From Patescibacteria group bacterium (lineage in GTDB: Bacteria > Patescibacteriota > Minisyncoccia > 2-02-FULL-40-12): DNA of 64,000 nt. The notes under the pieces were generated by a model that made no database searches, was not told where the DNA came from, and saw nothing but the letters and a program-made list of their open reading frames with translations. The stretch covers positions 5,219 to 69,218 of the forward strand of contig JBBTUA010000007.1 of NCBI GenBank assembly GCA_038063995.1. Direction: 5' to 3'. Position numbers and translations under genes: made by a program. This document shows positions 17,165 through 26,919 of this stretch, in pieces (position 1 is the first letter of the stretch; each line of letters begins with the position of its first letter).

Positions 17165-18229
17165 TTATTTCATCTCTTCGAGCTTAACTTTTGTTTTTAG
17201 AGTTTCGCTGCCGTTTCTCAAGAGAGTGATTTCGATTTCTTCGCCGATTTTGCACTCCTGCACTAAATCGGCCAGTTCTGATTTTTCATCAAGTTTTTTG
17301 CCGTTTATTTCGAAAATTAAATCATTTTCCTTTATTCCCGCTTTGTCCGCCGGACTGCCCGGGATTACTGCTTTGGAATCCGGAAAATGGTCGCTTAAAA
17401 CCAATGCTCCGGAGTCTGCTCCAAGTTCGTATTGCTCTTTCAATTTTTTATTAAGCATTACATAGCGAAGTCCCAAATATGGTCTTTCTATCCGCCCGTA
17501 TTTTAAAATGTCGTCTAAATCTTTTTTTGCCCAGTTAATCGGCAGAGCAAAACCGATATTCTGGGCGCCGAAGATTATGGCCGTGTTTATTCCGACCACC
17601 TCGCCTTCGGTATTGATCAAAGGCCCTCCGGAATTTCCCTGATTTATGGCTACGTCAGTTTGCATTACTCCTCTTAGCACTTCTGTTTCCTGGCCGTCTC
17701 CCAAAGATGCCGCGATCCGGCGCGACAAGCCGGAAATTATTCCTTTGGAAACGCTATTGGTGAACATTCCCAAGGCTGTGCCGATGGCCACGGCCGTTTG
17801 CCCGATTTGGACTTTAGAAGAGTCTCCAAGCATCGCTTCAGGCAGGCCTCTTACTTTTATTTTTAAAATGGCGATGTCGTTGAGCGGATCGTTTGATAAA
17901 ACCTGGGCCGGGTATTCGTTGTCTCCGGCTAAAACCGTATATTCGGCTTCTTTATCATGGACAACATGCTTATTGGTGAGGATGAGGCTGTGTTCATTGT
18001 TTGAATGGACCACGAATCCGGAACCGCCGCCGATTTGGACTGATTGTTCTTTTAGTTTGTTTTGATCTTTTTCATCTGCTTTTTCTTCGGGGATGATAAA
18101 TTCAAAAGGTCCGAAAGGAGAAGCCATTATTCTTTTGGTTTTGGGGAGATGCTTTGAAATGATAACGCTCACCACCGAAGGAGAAACTTTTTTAACTGCT
18201 TCAATGATTGTTTTTTCTTCGCTTAGCAT
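17165..18229 (-). CDS. HtrA/DegP family serine protease with PDZ domain
   Basis: TNKHVV, DIA, INQGNSGGPL, SPADKAGI. Confidence 0.92.
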   Translation of the reverse strand: MLSEEKTIIEAVKKVSPSVVSVIISKHLPKTKRIMASPFGPFEFIIPEEKADEKDQNKLKEQSVQIGGGSGFVVHSNNEHSLILTNKHVVHDKEAEYTVLAGDNEYPAQVLSNDPLNDIAILKIKVRGLPEAMLGDSSKVQIGQTAVAIGTALGMFTNSVSKGIISGLSRRIAASLGDGQETEVLRGVMQTDVAINQGNSGGPLINTEGEVVGINTAIIFGAQNIGFALPINWAKKDLDDILKYGRIERPYLGLRYVMLNKKLKEQYELGADSGALVLSDHFPDSKAVIPGSPADKAGIKENDLIFEINGKKLDEKSELADLVQECKIGEEIEITLLRNGSETLKTKVKLEEMK

Positions 18230-18250
18230 ATTGTGATATATTTTAAACTA

Positions 18251-19894
18251 ATGAAGAAGCAAATTCAAGAATTTCTTAGAAAAGAGCACCCGGATATTGA
18301 TTTTGCCGTTTCCTACCCGCCTGAAGGCCTTGGCGACTACTCAACCAACATCGCCTTTCTACTTGCCCGCCAAAGCCTTGGCGAAGGCGGGTTGGCTAAA
18401 AAAACCGGCGGAAATCCGCAAAAACTTGCCTTGAGCATAGTCGAAGGGTTAAGAAACGAATTCAAAAATCAATTTGAAAAAATCGAAATCGCAAAAAACG
18501 GGTTTATAAATTTTTATCTATCTAAAAAGTATTTATTGGATAATCTTTCCGAGGTTCTGAAATTTCCGGATATTGGAAAGAGCAAGACGGTTATAGTTGA
18601 ATATTCCCAGCCCAATATTGCCAAAGTGATGCATGTCGGGCATCTCCGTTCAACGGTTCTGGGCGACGCCCTGGCCAATATCTATGAAGCTTTAGGTTAT
18701 AAAGTTATTCGCTGGAATTATTTGGGCGATTGGGGAACTCAATTCGGGAAATTGATTTCGGCTTATAAGATGTGGGGCAAAGAAGAAGAAGTTAAGACAA
18801 ATCCAATTGAAACTTTAAATGATCTCTATGTAAGATTCCACGACGAATTGAAAAACCGTCCGGAACTGGAAGAAAAAGGGAGAGAAGAATTTAAGAAGCT
18901 CGAAGAAGGAGATGAAGAAAACAGAAAATTATGGAAGTGGTTTAAAAATGAGTCTTTGAAAGAATTTGAAAAGATTTACAGGATTTTAGGAGTTAAATTC
19001 GATACTTATACAGGTGAGAGTTCTTTTGAGAAGGATTTAAAACCTTTAGTCGAAGAATTGCGAAATAAAGGAATAGCCAAAGAGAGCCAAGGCGCTGTTA
19101 TTATTTCTTTGGATCAATTCAATTTGCTTCCAGCCTTGATTCAAAGATCTGACGGAGCAAGCTTGTATCTGACTCGCGATATTGCCGCCTTGAAATACCG
19201 AATCAAAGAATACAAGCCGGAAAAAATTCTTTATGTCGTCGGAAACGAGCAGTCGCTTCATTTTGATCAGCTTAAGGCGATTGCTAAAATCTCGGGCTTA
19301 GATGAAACAGAAATCAGTCATATTAAATTTGGGCTTATTCTCGGAAAAGATAAAAAGAAATTGTCGAGCAGAGAGGGCGGAGCCGTGCCAATAAAAGAAT
19401 TGATAGATAAAGCGGTCGAACTTTCCGGAAAAGCTGTCGGGATCAGCGCGTTAAAATATTTTATTTTAAAAGAGCACCGCTTGAGCGATATAGTTTTTGA
19501 CTGGGATAGAATCCTTAATTTGAAAGGAGACAGCGGTCCTTATCTTCAATATACTTACGCCCGTTTGGCCAGCATTAAGAGTAAAGCCGGGACCATCTCG
19601 AAATCTAAAAATTTAGAATCACTGAATAAAGAAATTGATGTTTCCCTAATGAAAAAAATGATTAAATTTCCCGAGATTCTTACCCTGACCGTCGAGAATA
19701 ACCTTACGAATATCTTAACTCTGTACCTTTATGAGCTTTGCAATTTGATCAATAGATTTTATGAATCGGTTCCAGTCTTAAAGGAAGATGATGAGAAAAT
19801 TAGAAATGCCCGGCTGGGGCTGGTCAGTTTAATGATTCAAATTTTAGAAAAAGGTTTTAATCTTTTAGGAATCGAGGCCCCGGAGAGGATTTAA
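18251..19894 (+). CDS. argS: arginine--tRNA ligase
   Basis: VEYSQPNIAKVMHVGHLRS, GDWGTQFG, YLQYTYARL. Confidence 0.95.
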   Translation: MKKQIQEFLRKEHPDIDFAVSYPPEGLGDYSTNIAFLLARQSLGEGGLAKKTGGNPQKLALSIVEGLRNEFKNQFEKIEIAKNGFINFYLSKKYLLDNLSEVLKFPDIGKSKTVIVEYSQPNIAKVMHVGHLRSTVLGDALANIYEALGYKVIRWNYLGDWGTQFGKLISAYKMWGKEEEVKTNPIETLNDLYVRFHDELKNRPELEEKGREEFKKLEEGDEENRKLWKWFKNESLKEFEKIYRILGVKFDTYTGESSFEKDLKPLVEELRNKGIAKESQGAVIISLDQFNLLPALIQRSDGASLYLTRDIAALKYRIKEYKPEKILYVVGNEQSLHFDQLKAIAKISGLDETEISHIKFGLILGKDKKKLSSREGGAVPIKELIDKAVELSGKAVGISALKYFILKEHRLSDIVFDWDRILNLKGDSGPYLQYTYARLASIKSKAGTISKSKNLESLNKEIDVSLMKKMIKFPEILTLTVENNLTNILTLYLYELCNLINRFYESVPVLKEDDEKIRNARLGLVSLMIQILEKGFNLLGIEAPERI

Positions 19895-20287
19895 AAATAC
19901 AAAAACAAATAAAGCTGCTCCGAGAATATCCATCAGCAGATCATTTATTGTATCGTCCAGATTGCCCATACAGCAGATTACTCTGTATTTATTGTAAAAA
20001 TAATCTCCAAATAATTTAGTGCCTAAATATTCCGAGAATTCCCAAATTACTCCGATAAAAACCGTTATGCTCACTAAAATGAGAACCTTTTTAAGTCTTG
20101 GACTGCCGGGATTGCCGATTTTCAAATGTTTGAGGTAGCCCGCAAAAAACATAGCTACAAAAAAACCGCCGGAGAAATGAAGAATCGGGTCAACATTAAA
20201 AGCCTTGAAGATATAATCAACATCCGCAACCATAAAAAGGATATTGATCAAGAAAATCAGAGCCAAAAATAAAATTGCTGTTTTCAT
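19865..20287 (-). CDS. membrane protein (DUF2238/VanZ-like)
   Basis: LHFSGG, WEFSEY, DTINDLLMDILGA. Confidence 0.7.
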   Translation of the reverse strand: MKTAILFLALIFLINILFMVADVDYIFKAFNVDPILHFSGGFFVAMFFAGYLKHLKIGNPGSPRLKKVLILVSITVFIGVIWEFSEYLGTKLFGDYFYNKYRVICCMGNLDDTINDLLMDILGAALFVFVFLNPLRGLDS

Positions 20288-20313
20288 AGAAATATACTAA
20301 TAATTATAATATT

Positions 20314-23300
20314 GTGTCTGAATCTAATCTAGCTAAAATCGAAGAAAAAATCCAGAAATTCTGGGAAGCTAACAATATCCCAGAAAAAATCTTCGGCCAC
20401 AGAAAAGGAGGGAAGAAATTCGTTTTTTACGAAGGGCCGCCGACGGCAAACGGAATGCCCCATCTAGGGCATTTTGAAACCCGGGCCTTCAAAGATCTTT
20501 TCATCCGTTTTAAAACTATGGCTGGTTTTTTTGTCTCGCGAAAAGCCGGGTGGGACACCCATGGTTTGCCGGTTGAAATAGAAGTTGAAAAAGAACTTGG
20601 TTTGAAATCAAAAAAAGAAATCGAAGAATACGGGATTTCTAAATTCAACAAAAAAGCAAAAGAATCGGTCTGGCGCTACAAGGCCGAGTGGGAAAAATTT
20701 TCAAAGCGGATGGGTTTTTGGCTTGATTTTGAAAATCCTTACATTACTTATGACAATGATTATATCGAAACTCTCTGGCATATCATACAAAAGTTCGACA
20801 AAAAAAAGTTTTTGTATAAAGGCCATAAAGTTTTGCCTTGGTGTCCGCGCTGCGGCACGGCTTTGTCGAGTCATGAGGTGGCGTTAGGTTATGAAAATAT
20901 CACTGAAGATTCGGTTTATGTCAAGTTTAGATTAAAACCGGACCCAAAAATCGGTGGTTTTGAAACAGATGATAAAACTTATATTTTAGCCTGGACTACA
21001 ACTCCCTGGACTCTTCCCGGAAATGTCGCTTTGGCTGTCGGTGAAAAAATCGATTATGCAGTGGTTCGTAAAGACAATGAAAACTTTATTTTGGCGAAGG
21101 ATTTGGCAGGTAAAGTTCTAAATAAACCGTATCAGATTGAAAAAGAAATAACAGGTAAAGACTTGGTTGGTTTGGAATACGAGCCGTTATTTAAAATCAA
21201 AGAACTTCAGTCGGAGAAATCATACAAAATCTATCCGGCTGATTTTGTTTCGACCGAAGAAGGAACAGGCGTAGTTCATACCGCAGTGATGTATGGAGAA
21301 GACGATTATCAGTTGGGCGAAAAGATCGGCCTGCCAAAATATCATACCGTTGATAAGGAAGGGAAATTTACCAACGATGTTCCGGAACTTGCGGAAAAGT
21401 TTGTAAAAGACGCTGATAAAGATATTATTTATTATCTCAAAGATAAAAATCTTTTACTCAAAGTTGAATCCTATTCTCACGATTATCCTTTTTGCTGGCG
21501 GTGTAAGACCCCGCTTCTTTATTACGCGACTGATTCCTGGTTTGTTAAGACCACAGCCGTTAAAAAAAATCTTATTGCCAACAACAAAAAAATAAACTGG
21601 GTTCCCTCTTATATTAAAGAGGGCCGTTTCGGACAATGGCTTAATGAAGTGAAAGACTGGGCGTTTTCGCGGGACCGCTATTGGGGGACACCCTTGCCGG
21701 TTTGGGAATGCAAGGAATGCCGCAATTATTCGGTTATAGGCTCATTGGAAGAACTTGAAAAATATCGTTATCGGAAGCCAAACAAGTATTTTATTCTGCG
21801 TCACGGTGAAAGCCAGAAAAATAATTTTGGAGGCAAAGAAATAAACAGCACTAAATTAGAAACCGATAAATACGATTTGACCGAAAGAGGAACTGATCAG
21901 GCGGGAAAAGTCGTCGGGAAATTAAAAAAAGAAAAGATCGATTTAATTTTTGCTTCTCCTTTTTTGAGGACAAAAAGAACAGCCCAGATAATCGGAGAAG
22001 AATTGGGGATCGAGATGAAAATAGATTATCGTTTGAAGGAAATGGACCATGGCAGTGTATGCGAAGGCAGAGATTATTATGCTTGTATTCCCAGGGAAGA
22101 ATATCCGAATACAGATTTTAACACCAAATTCGGAATGGATGGTGAGAGCCGGAATGAAGTCAGAAAGAGAGTTTTATCTTTCATCAGAGAAACAGGCGAT
22201 CAATACGAAGGCAAGAATATTTTGATTGTAAGTCATGGTGATCCTTTGTGGCTGATGGAAGGTATGTCAAAAAATTTCAGCGAACAGGAGCTCTTCTTGG
22301 CAAAAAAGAATCAGATTCTGGATATAAAAGATGGGGCAATGATTCTGCTTAAGCCCGGAGAAATGAGAATATTGGAGTTTGATAACTTCCCGCGCGACGA
22401 ATTCGGGAATCTGGATCTGCATCGGCCTTACATAGATGAGGTTTTATTGAAATGTCCAAAGTGCGGCGGCGAGATGAAAAGAATTCCGGAGGTGACGGAT
22501 GTCTGGTTTGATTCCGGAGCAATGCCTTTTGCGCAACTGCACTATCCTTTTGAAAATAAAAAAGAATTCAAAGAAAATTTCCCGGCTGATTTTATTACCG
22601 AAGGAGTGGATCAAACTCGCGGCTGGTTTTATACATTATTGGCTGTTTCCACGCTTTTAGATTTTGGCCCGCCTTACAAAAATGTCATTTCTTTGGGTTT
22701 TGCTTTGGATAAAAACGGCAGAAAGATGTCCAAATCGATCGGTAACGTGATCACCCCTAATTACGTAATTGATAAATTCGGTTCTGATGTCGGGCGGTGG
22801 TGGTTTTATAAAGTTAATCAAGCCGGGGAGTCTAAAAGTTTTAAAGAAGAAGAGCTTAAACAAACAGAAAACGGGTTTGTCCGGGTTTTGATGAATTCTT
22901 TAAGGTTTTGGGAACTGTATAAAAATGATGAGCAGTCAGGGGTTAACTTTCACAAATTAGATAAAAAAAATAATCTGTCGGTACTCGATAGCTGGCTTTT
23001 ATCAAAATTCAACAATTTGATTAAGTCGGTTACAGATTCTCTAGATAATTATGATTCAACGTCTTCCAGCCGGGAGATTGAAAAGTTTGTTATCGAAGAT
23101 TTATCAAATTGGTGGATCAGAAGAAGCCGTGAAAAGTTCCAGTCAGAGGGAAATTCAGCTCAAAAAGATTTGTTAAGATTCATTCTTTTAGAGGCGGCAA
23201 AACTTATTGCGCCATTTGTTCCGTTTTTGGCTGAATATCTGTATCAAGAGATAAGCATTCACCCCGTTAGAAGTCGCGCTCGCGCTGAAGGCGCGAGTCC

Positions 23301-23895
23301 TGAAGGGACCGCTGGCGCGGCTATTTCTAACGGGGTTCATTTTCACAATTGGCCGAAAGAAAACAAAAAACTGACTGATAAAAAGCTCGAGGAAGAAATG
23401 GAGCTAGTCAGAAAGATTGCGAGTCTTGGATTGGCGGCCAGGAAAGAAGCAGGAGTCAAAGTGAGGCAGCCCCTGGCTAAATTAGAATTTAGAACACAGA
23501 ATATAGAATTTAGTAAAGAATTGCTTGATTTAATCAAAGAAGAAGTGAATGTAAAAGAAGTAAAGTTTGAAAAAGGCGGAAAAGAAGAAGTTATTTTGGA
23601 TACTAAAATTACGCCGGCTTTGCGGCAGGAGGGCTGGGTGAGAGAATTTATAAGGATGATACAAGACGCAAGAAAAGATGCCGGCTATGAATACGATCAA
23701 AAAGTCAGAACTTTTTGGTTTTCTGAAGATAGAGAATTAAAGGAGGCGATTTTGCGGGAAAACGATTTCATAAAACAAAAAACAGTTTTAAAAGAGTTGA
23801 ATGAATCAAGGCATAACTCCAAATTTGCTTATGATGTTGAAAAAGAAGAAGAGATCGAATCAGGTAGAAAAATTTGGCTCGGATTAATCAAATGA
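20314..23895 (+). CDS. ileS: isoleucine--tRNA ligase with inserted histidine phosphatase domain
   Basis: EGPPTANGMPHLGH, WTTTPWTLPGN, KMSKS; internal RHGES...SHGD domain. Confidence 0.95.
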   Translation: MSESNLAKIEEKIQKFWEANNIPEKIFGHRKGGKKFVFYEGPPTANGMPHLGHFETRAFKDLFIRFKTMAGFFVSRKAGWDTHGLPVEIEVEKELGLKSKKEIEEYGISKFNKKAKESVWRYKAEWEKFSKRMGFWLDFENPYITYDNDYIETLWHIIQKFDKKKFLYKGHKVLPWCPRCGTALSSHEVALGYENITEDSVYVKFRLKPDPKIGGFETDDKTYILAWTTTPWTLPGNVALAVGEKIDYAVVRKDNENFILAKDLAGKVLNKPYQIEKEITGKDLVGLEYEPLFKIKELQSEKSYKIYPADFVSTEEGTGVVHTAVMYGEDDYQLGEKIGLPKYHTVDKEGKFTNDVPELAEKFVKDADKDIIYYLKDKNLLLKVESYSHDYPFCWRCKTPLLYYATDSWFVKTTAVKKNLIANNKKINWVPSYIKEGRFGQWLNEVKDWAFSRDRYWGTPLPVWECKECRNYSVIGSLEELEKYRYRKPNKYFILRHGESQKNNFGGKEINSTKLETDKYDLTERGTDQAGKVVGKLKKEKIDLIFASPFLRTKRTAQIIGEELGIEMKIDYRLKEMDHGSVCEGRDYYACIPREEYPNTDFNTKFGMDGESRNEVRKRVLSFIRETGDQYEGKNILIVSHGDPLWLMEGMSKNFSEQELFLAKKNQILDIKDGAMILLKPGEMRILEFDNFPRDEFGNLDLHRPYIDEVLLKCPKCGGEMKRIPEVTDVWFDSGAMPFAQLHYPFENKKEFKENFPADFITEGVDQTRGWFYTLLAVSTLLDFGPPYKNVISLGFALDKNGRKMSKSIGNVITPNYVIDKFGSDVGRWWFYKVNQAGESKSFKEEELKQTENGFVRVLMNSLRFWELYKNDEQSGVNFHKLDKKNNLSVLDSWLLSKFNNLIKSVTDSLDNYDSTSSSREIEKFVIEDLSNWWIRRSREKFQSEGNSAQKDLLRFILLEAAKLIAPFVPFLAEYLYQEISIHPVRSRARAEGASPEGTAGAAISNGVHFHNWPKENKKLTDKKLEEEMELVRKIASLGLAARKEAGVKVRQPLAKLEFRTQNIEFSKELLDLIKEEVNVKEVKFEKGGKEEVILDTKITPALRQEGWVREFIRMIQDARKDAGYEYDQKVRTFWFSEDRELKEAILRENDFIKQKTVLKELNESRHNSKFAYDVEKEEEIESGRKIWLGLIK

Positions 23896-23909
23896 TATAT
23901 TTAACCTAA

Positions 23910-25607
23910 ATGGAAAGAAGGCTAATCATTAGTTTGTTTATTTTATTGATTCTGGGAACAGTGATTTTTTTGCTTTATCAGGCCAGATTCAAGGAAGGCC
24001 AGGTTTTTTTGAAAATAGAAGTACAGGAAGAAGCGGCAAGCGGCGAAGAAATAGAATACAAAGTTATCGTTGAAAACAGAAATAATTTTAATTTAACCGA
24101 CTCGAAATTATCATTCTTTTATCCTGAAGATTCCACTCCTTTAAGGGACGGCGAGCCCTTAGATTCTTTACTGGCCAATCTTGATTTGGGGACTTTTGAA
24201 CAAAGAAGCGAAAAAGAGTTTTTATTTAAAGCGATAATCACGGGAGAGAAAGGCGAGAATAAAAAAGCAAAAGCTGTCTTAACCTACTCCCCTTCAAACT
24301 TTCGTTCAGTTTTTCAAAAAACTGAAGAAGCGATAACAACTATTTCCAGAGTTTCTGTTTCTGTCAGTCTAAGCGCGCCGCCCAATATTTTATCCGGCCA
24401 AACGGTCACCGTGTTTGTCGATTTAAGGAATGAGACAGAAAAAGATTTACAGGATCTGCAGCTTGCACTTTCGTATCCTGAAGGCTTCATTTTTAAAAAA
24501 GCGATGCCTTCACCGAATGAAAGAAATGGTATCTTTAACATTGCTTCAATTAAGGCTGGCGAGGGCGTCAGAGTAAGTGTTGAAGGCGAAATTTCAGGAT
24601 TTGAAAAAGAAGGCAAAACATTTTCTGCCGTATTAAGAAAGAAAACAGGCGATCAATTCTTTGATCTGCAAAAATCAGAGGTGCTGCTCACTATTTCTTC
24701 TCCGCTTATTAGAAGCGAAGTTTTAATAAATGATTCAAAAAGTTTTGCAGCTAAGGCGGGAGATCGGTTAAAATATACAATAAAATTTTCCAACGATTCC
24801 AACTATAATTTTTCAGCCCTTGAATTAAGAGCGGCTTTGGACGGCCAAATGTTTGACTTCGCCACATTAAAAACCAATGACGGGTTTTTTGACCAGAATT
24901 CCCGGACTATTTTGTGGAATGCCGCCGCTTCAGATGATTTAGGAAATTTGCCGCCTCGAGGCAGTGGAGAAGTTTCTTTTGAGGTAAATGTAAAGCAGGA
25001 TTTCCCAAAAACTTTCGGCAAAAGCTATTCGTTAAAAGTCACCTCTTTAATTCAGATTTCTTCTGTCCCGCCGGATTTTGATTTAGATAAGGTTACTTCG
25101 TCTGCCGAGATGATGGTAAAAGTTGGATCAAAGGTCAGTTTTACAGCAAAGGCTTTTTACAATGATCAGGCGGTTCAAAATTCCGGGCCGGTTCCTCCCC
25201 GGGTTGGCCAAAAAACGACATATACGATACATTGGAAGATAGTTAATGAAGGGAATGATTTGACGAATGCAAGAGTAGAAAGTTTTTTGCCGCCGGGAGT
25301 CAGCTGGGAAAATGAATTCAAGCTTACGCCGTCTCAGTCTCAAATAAGATATGATCCGAGCTTAGGCAGAGTAAGCTGGTTGATTACCACGGTTCCGGCC
25401 GGGACAGGCGCAGTTTCCAATGTTTTTGAAGCTATTTTCCAAATAGGAATTACGCCAAGCATAAATCAAGTCGGCCAGGCTCCGGAAATAACTAAAGAAT
25501 CCAGTTTCGAGGCAACAGATAATTTTACCAAAGAAAAAATTAATTTAAGCCAGCCCGCGATCAATACGCAGACAGTAAGCGATTCGCCGGGAACAGTGGC
25601 AAACTAG
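23910..25607 (+). CDS. membrane-anchored Ig-like (DUF11-like) repeat protein
   Basis: N-terminal TM, repeated beta-rich units (SGEEIEYKVIVEN, GDRLKYTIKFSN, GQKTTYTIHW). Confidence 0.7.
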   Translation: MERRLIISLFILLILGTVIFLLYQARFKEGQVFLKIEVQEEAASGEEIEYKVIVENRNNFNLTDSKLSFFYPEDSTPLRDGEPLDSLLANLDLGTFEQRSEKEFLFKAIITGEKGENKKAKAVLTYSPSNFRSVFQKTEEAITTISRVSVSVSLSAPPNILSGQTVTVFVDLRNETEKDLQDLQLALSYPEGFIFKKAMPSPNERNGIFNIASIKAGEGVRVSVEGEISGFEKEGKTFSAVLRKKTGDQFFDLQKSEVLLTISSPLIRSEVLINDSKSFAAKAGDRLKYTIKFSNDSNYNFSALELRAALDGQMFDFATLKTNDGFFDQNSRTILWNAAASDDLGNLPPRGSGEVSFEVNVKQDFPKTFGKSYSLKVTSLIQISSVPPDFDLDKVTSSAEMMVKVGSKVSFTAKAFYNDQAVQNSGPVPPRVGQKTTYTIHWKIVNEGNDLTNARVESFLPPGVSWENEFKLTPSQSQIRYDPSLGRVSWLITTVPAGTGAVSNVFEAIFQIGITPSINQVGQAPEITKESSFEATDNFTKEKINLSQPAINTQTVSDSPGTVAN

Positions 25608-25635
25608 AATACAGAATTTAGAATTTAGAGTAGTT

Positions 25636-26919
25636 ATGGAAGATAAGCTGAATAAAATAGTTTCGCTTGCCAAAAGGCGCGGTTTTATTTTTCCGGGTTC
25701 GGAAATTTACGGGGGGTTAAGCGGTTTTTATGATTTTGGCCCGCTTGGGGCGGAACTGAAATTTAATATCAAGCAGGAATGGTGGATTTCGGTTGTAAGG
25801 GCCCGGGATGATGTAGTCGGTTTAAGCGCCGCTATAATAATGAATCCAAAAGTCTGGCAGGCCTCCGGCCATCTTGATGGCGGCTTTACTGATGTTTTGG
25901 TTGAATGCAAGAAATGCCACCAGAGATTTAAGGCAGATGACTTCGTTCCGGTCTGCGAGAATTGCGGAAGCAAAGAATTTACTGAGCCGCGTCGTTTTAA
26001 CATTATGTTTAAAACTTTTGTCGGACCCGCTGAAGATTCTGCGGCCGTTGTTTATTTGAGACCCGAAACTACTGCCGGGATTATGGTGAATTTTAAAAAT
26101 ATCATTGATACAATGCGGGTTAAAATTCCTTTTGGAATCGCCCAAATCGGAAAAGCTTTTAGAAACGAGATTAATCCAAAAGATTACATTTTTAGAACCC
26201 GGGAGTTCGAACAGATGGAGCTCGAATATTTTGTTAAACCCGGTGAAGACGGGAACGCTTTTACTGAATGGGTAAATAGGAGACTTAGCTGGTATGATGA
26301 TTTAGGATTGAAAAATGTTCGCAAAAGAGAACAGTCGAAAGAAGAAAGAGCTCACTATTCGAGCGCGACAGTTGATATAGAGTATGAATTTCCTTTCGGC
26401 TGGAAGGAAATTGAGGGCATTGCCAATCGGACCGATTTTGATTTGAAAACCCACTCTAAACATTCAGGAAAAGATCTTTCCTACACCGACGATTCCGGCG
26501 AAAACTTTATTCCTTATGTTATTGAGCCTTCAGCCGGCGTTGATCGGCTGGCCTTGGCTTTTCTATGTGATGCTTATTACGAAGATAAGGATCGCATTGT
26601 TTTAAAACTCCATCCGAAATTAGCGCCGTATAAAGTTGCTGTGTTTCCTCTTTTGGCCAACAAGCCGGAATTGGTTAAAAAAGCCAGACAAGTTTATAAA
26701 GATTTAAAAACGACAGGGTTAAATGTTGCCTGGGATGATCGGGGAAATATCGGCAAAAGATATTATTCGCAGGATGAGATTGGCACGCCTTGGTGTGTAA
26801 CAATCGATCATCAAACTTTGGAAGATGATACAGTTACAGTTAGAGATCGGGACACGACTAAACAGGAGAGAGTATTAATTAGCGACTTGAAGAAATATTT
26901 CGAAGAAAAATTAAGATGA
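25636..26919 (+). CDS. glyQS: glycine--tRNA ligase, alpha2 type
   Basis: YLRPET, GKAFRNEI, FRTREFEQMELE, IEPSAGVDR. Confidence 0.94.
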   Translation: MEDKLNKIVSLAKRRGFIFPGSEIYGGLSGFYDFGPLGAELKFNIKQEWWISVVRARDDVVGLSAAIIMNPKVWQASGHLDGGFTDVLVECKKCHQRFKADDFVPVCENCGSKEFTEPRRFNIMFKTFVGPAEDSAAVVYLRPETTAGIMVNFKNIIDTMRVKIPFGIAQIGKAFRNEINPKDYIFRTREFEQMELEYFVKPGEDGNAFTEWVNRRLSWYDDLGLKNVRKREQSKEERAHYSSATVDIEYEFPFGWKEIEGIANRTDFDLKTHSKHSGKDLSYTDDSGENFIPYVIEPSAGVDRLALAFLCDAYYEDKDRIVLKLHPKLAPYKVAVFPLLANKPELVKKARQVYKDLKTTGLNVAWDDRGNIGKRYYSQDEIGTPWCVTIDHQTLEDDTVTVRDRDTTKQERVLISDLKKYFEEKLR

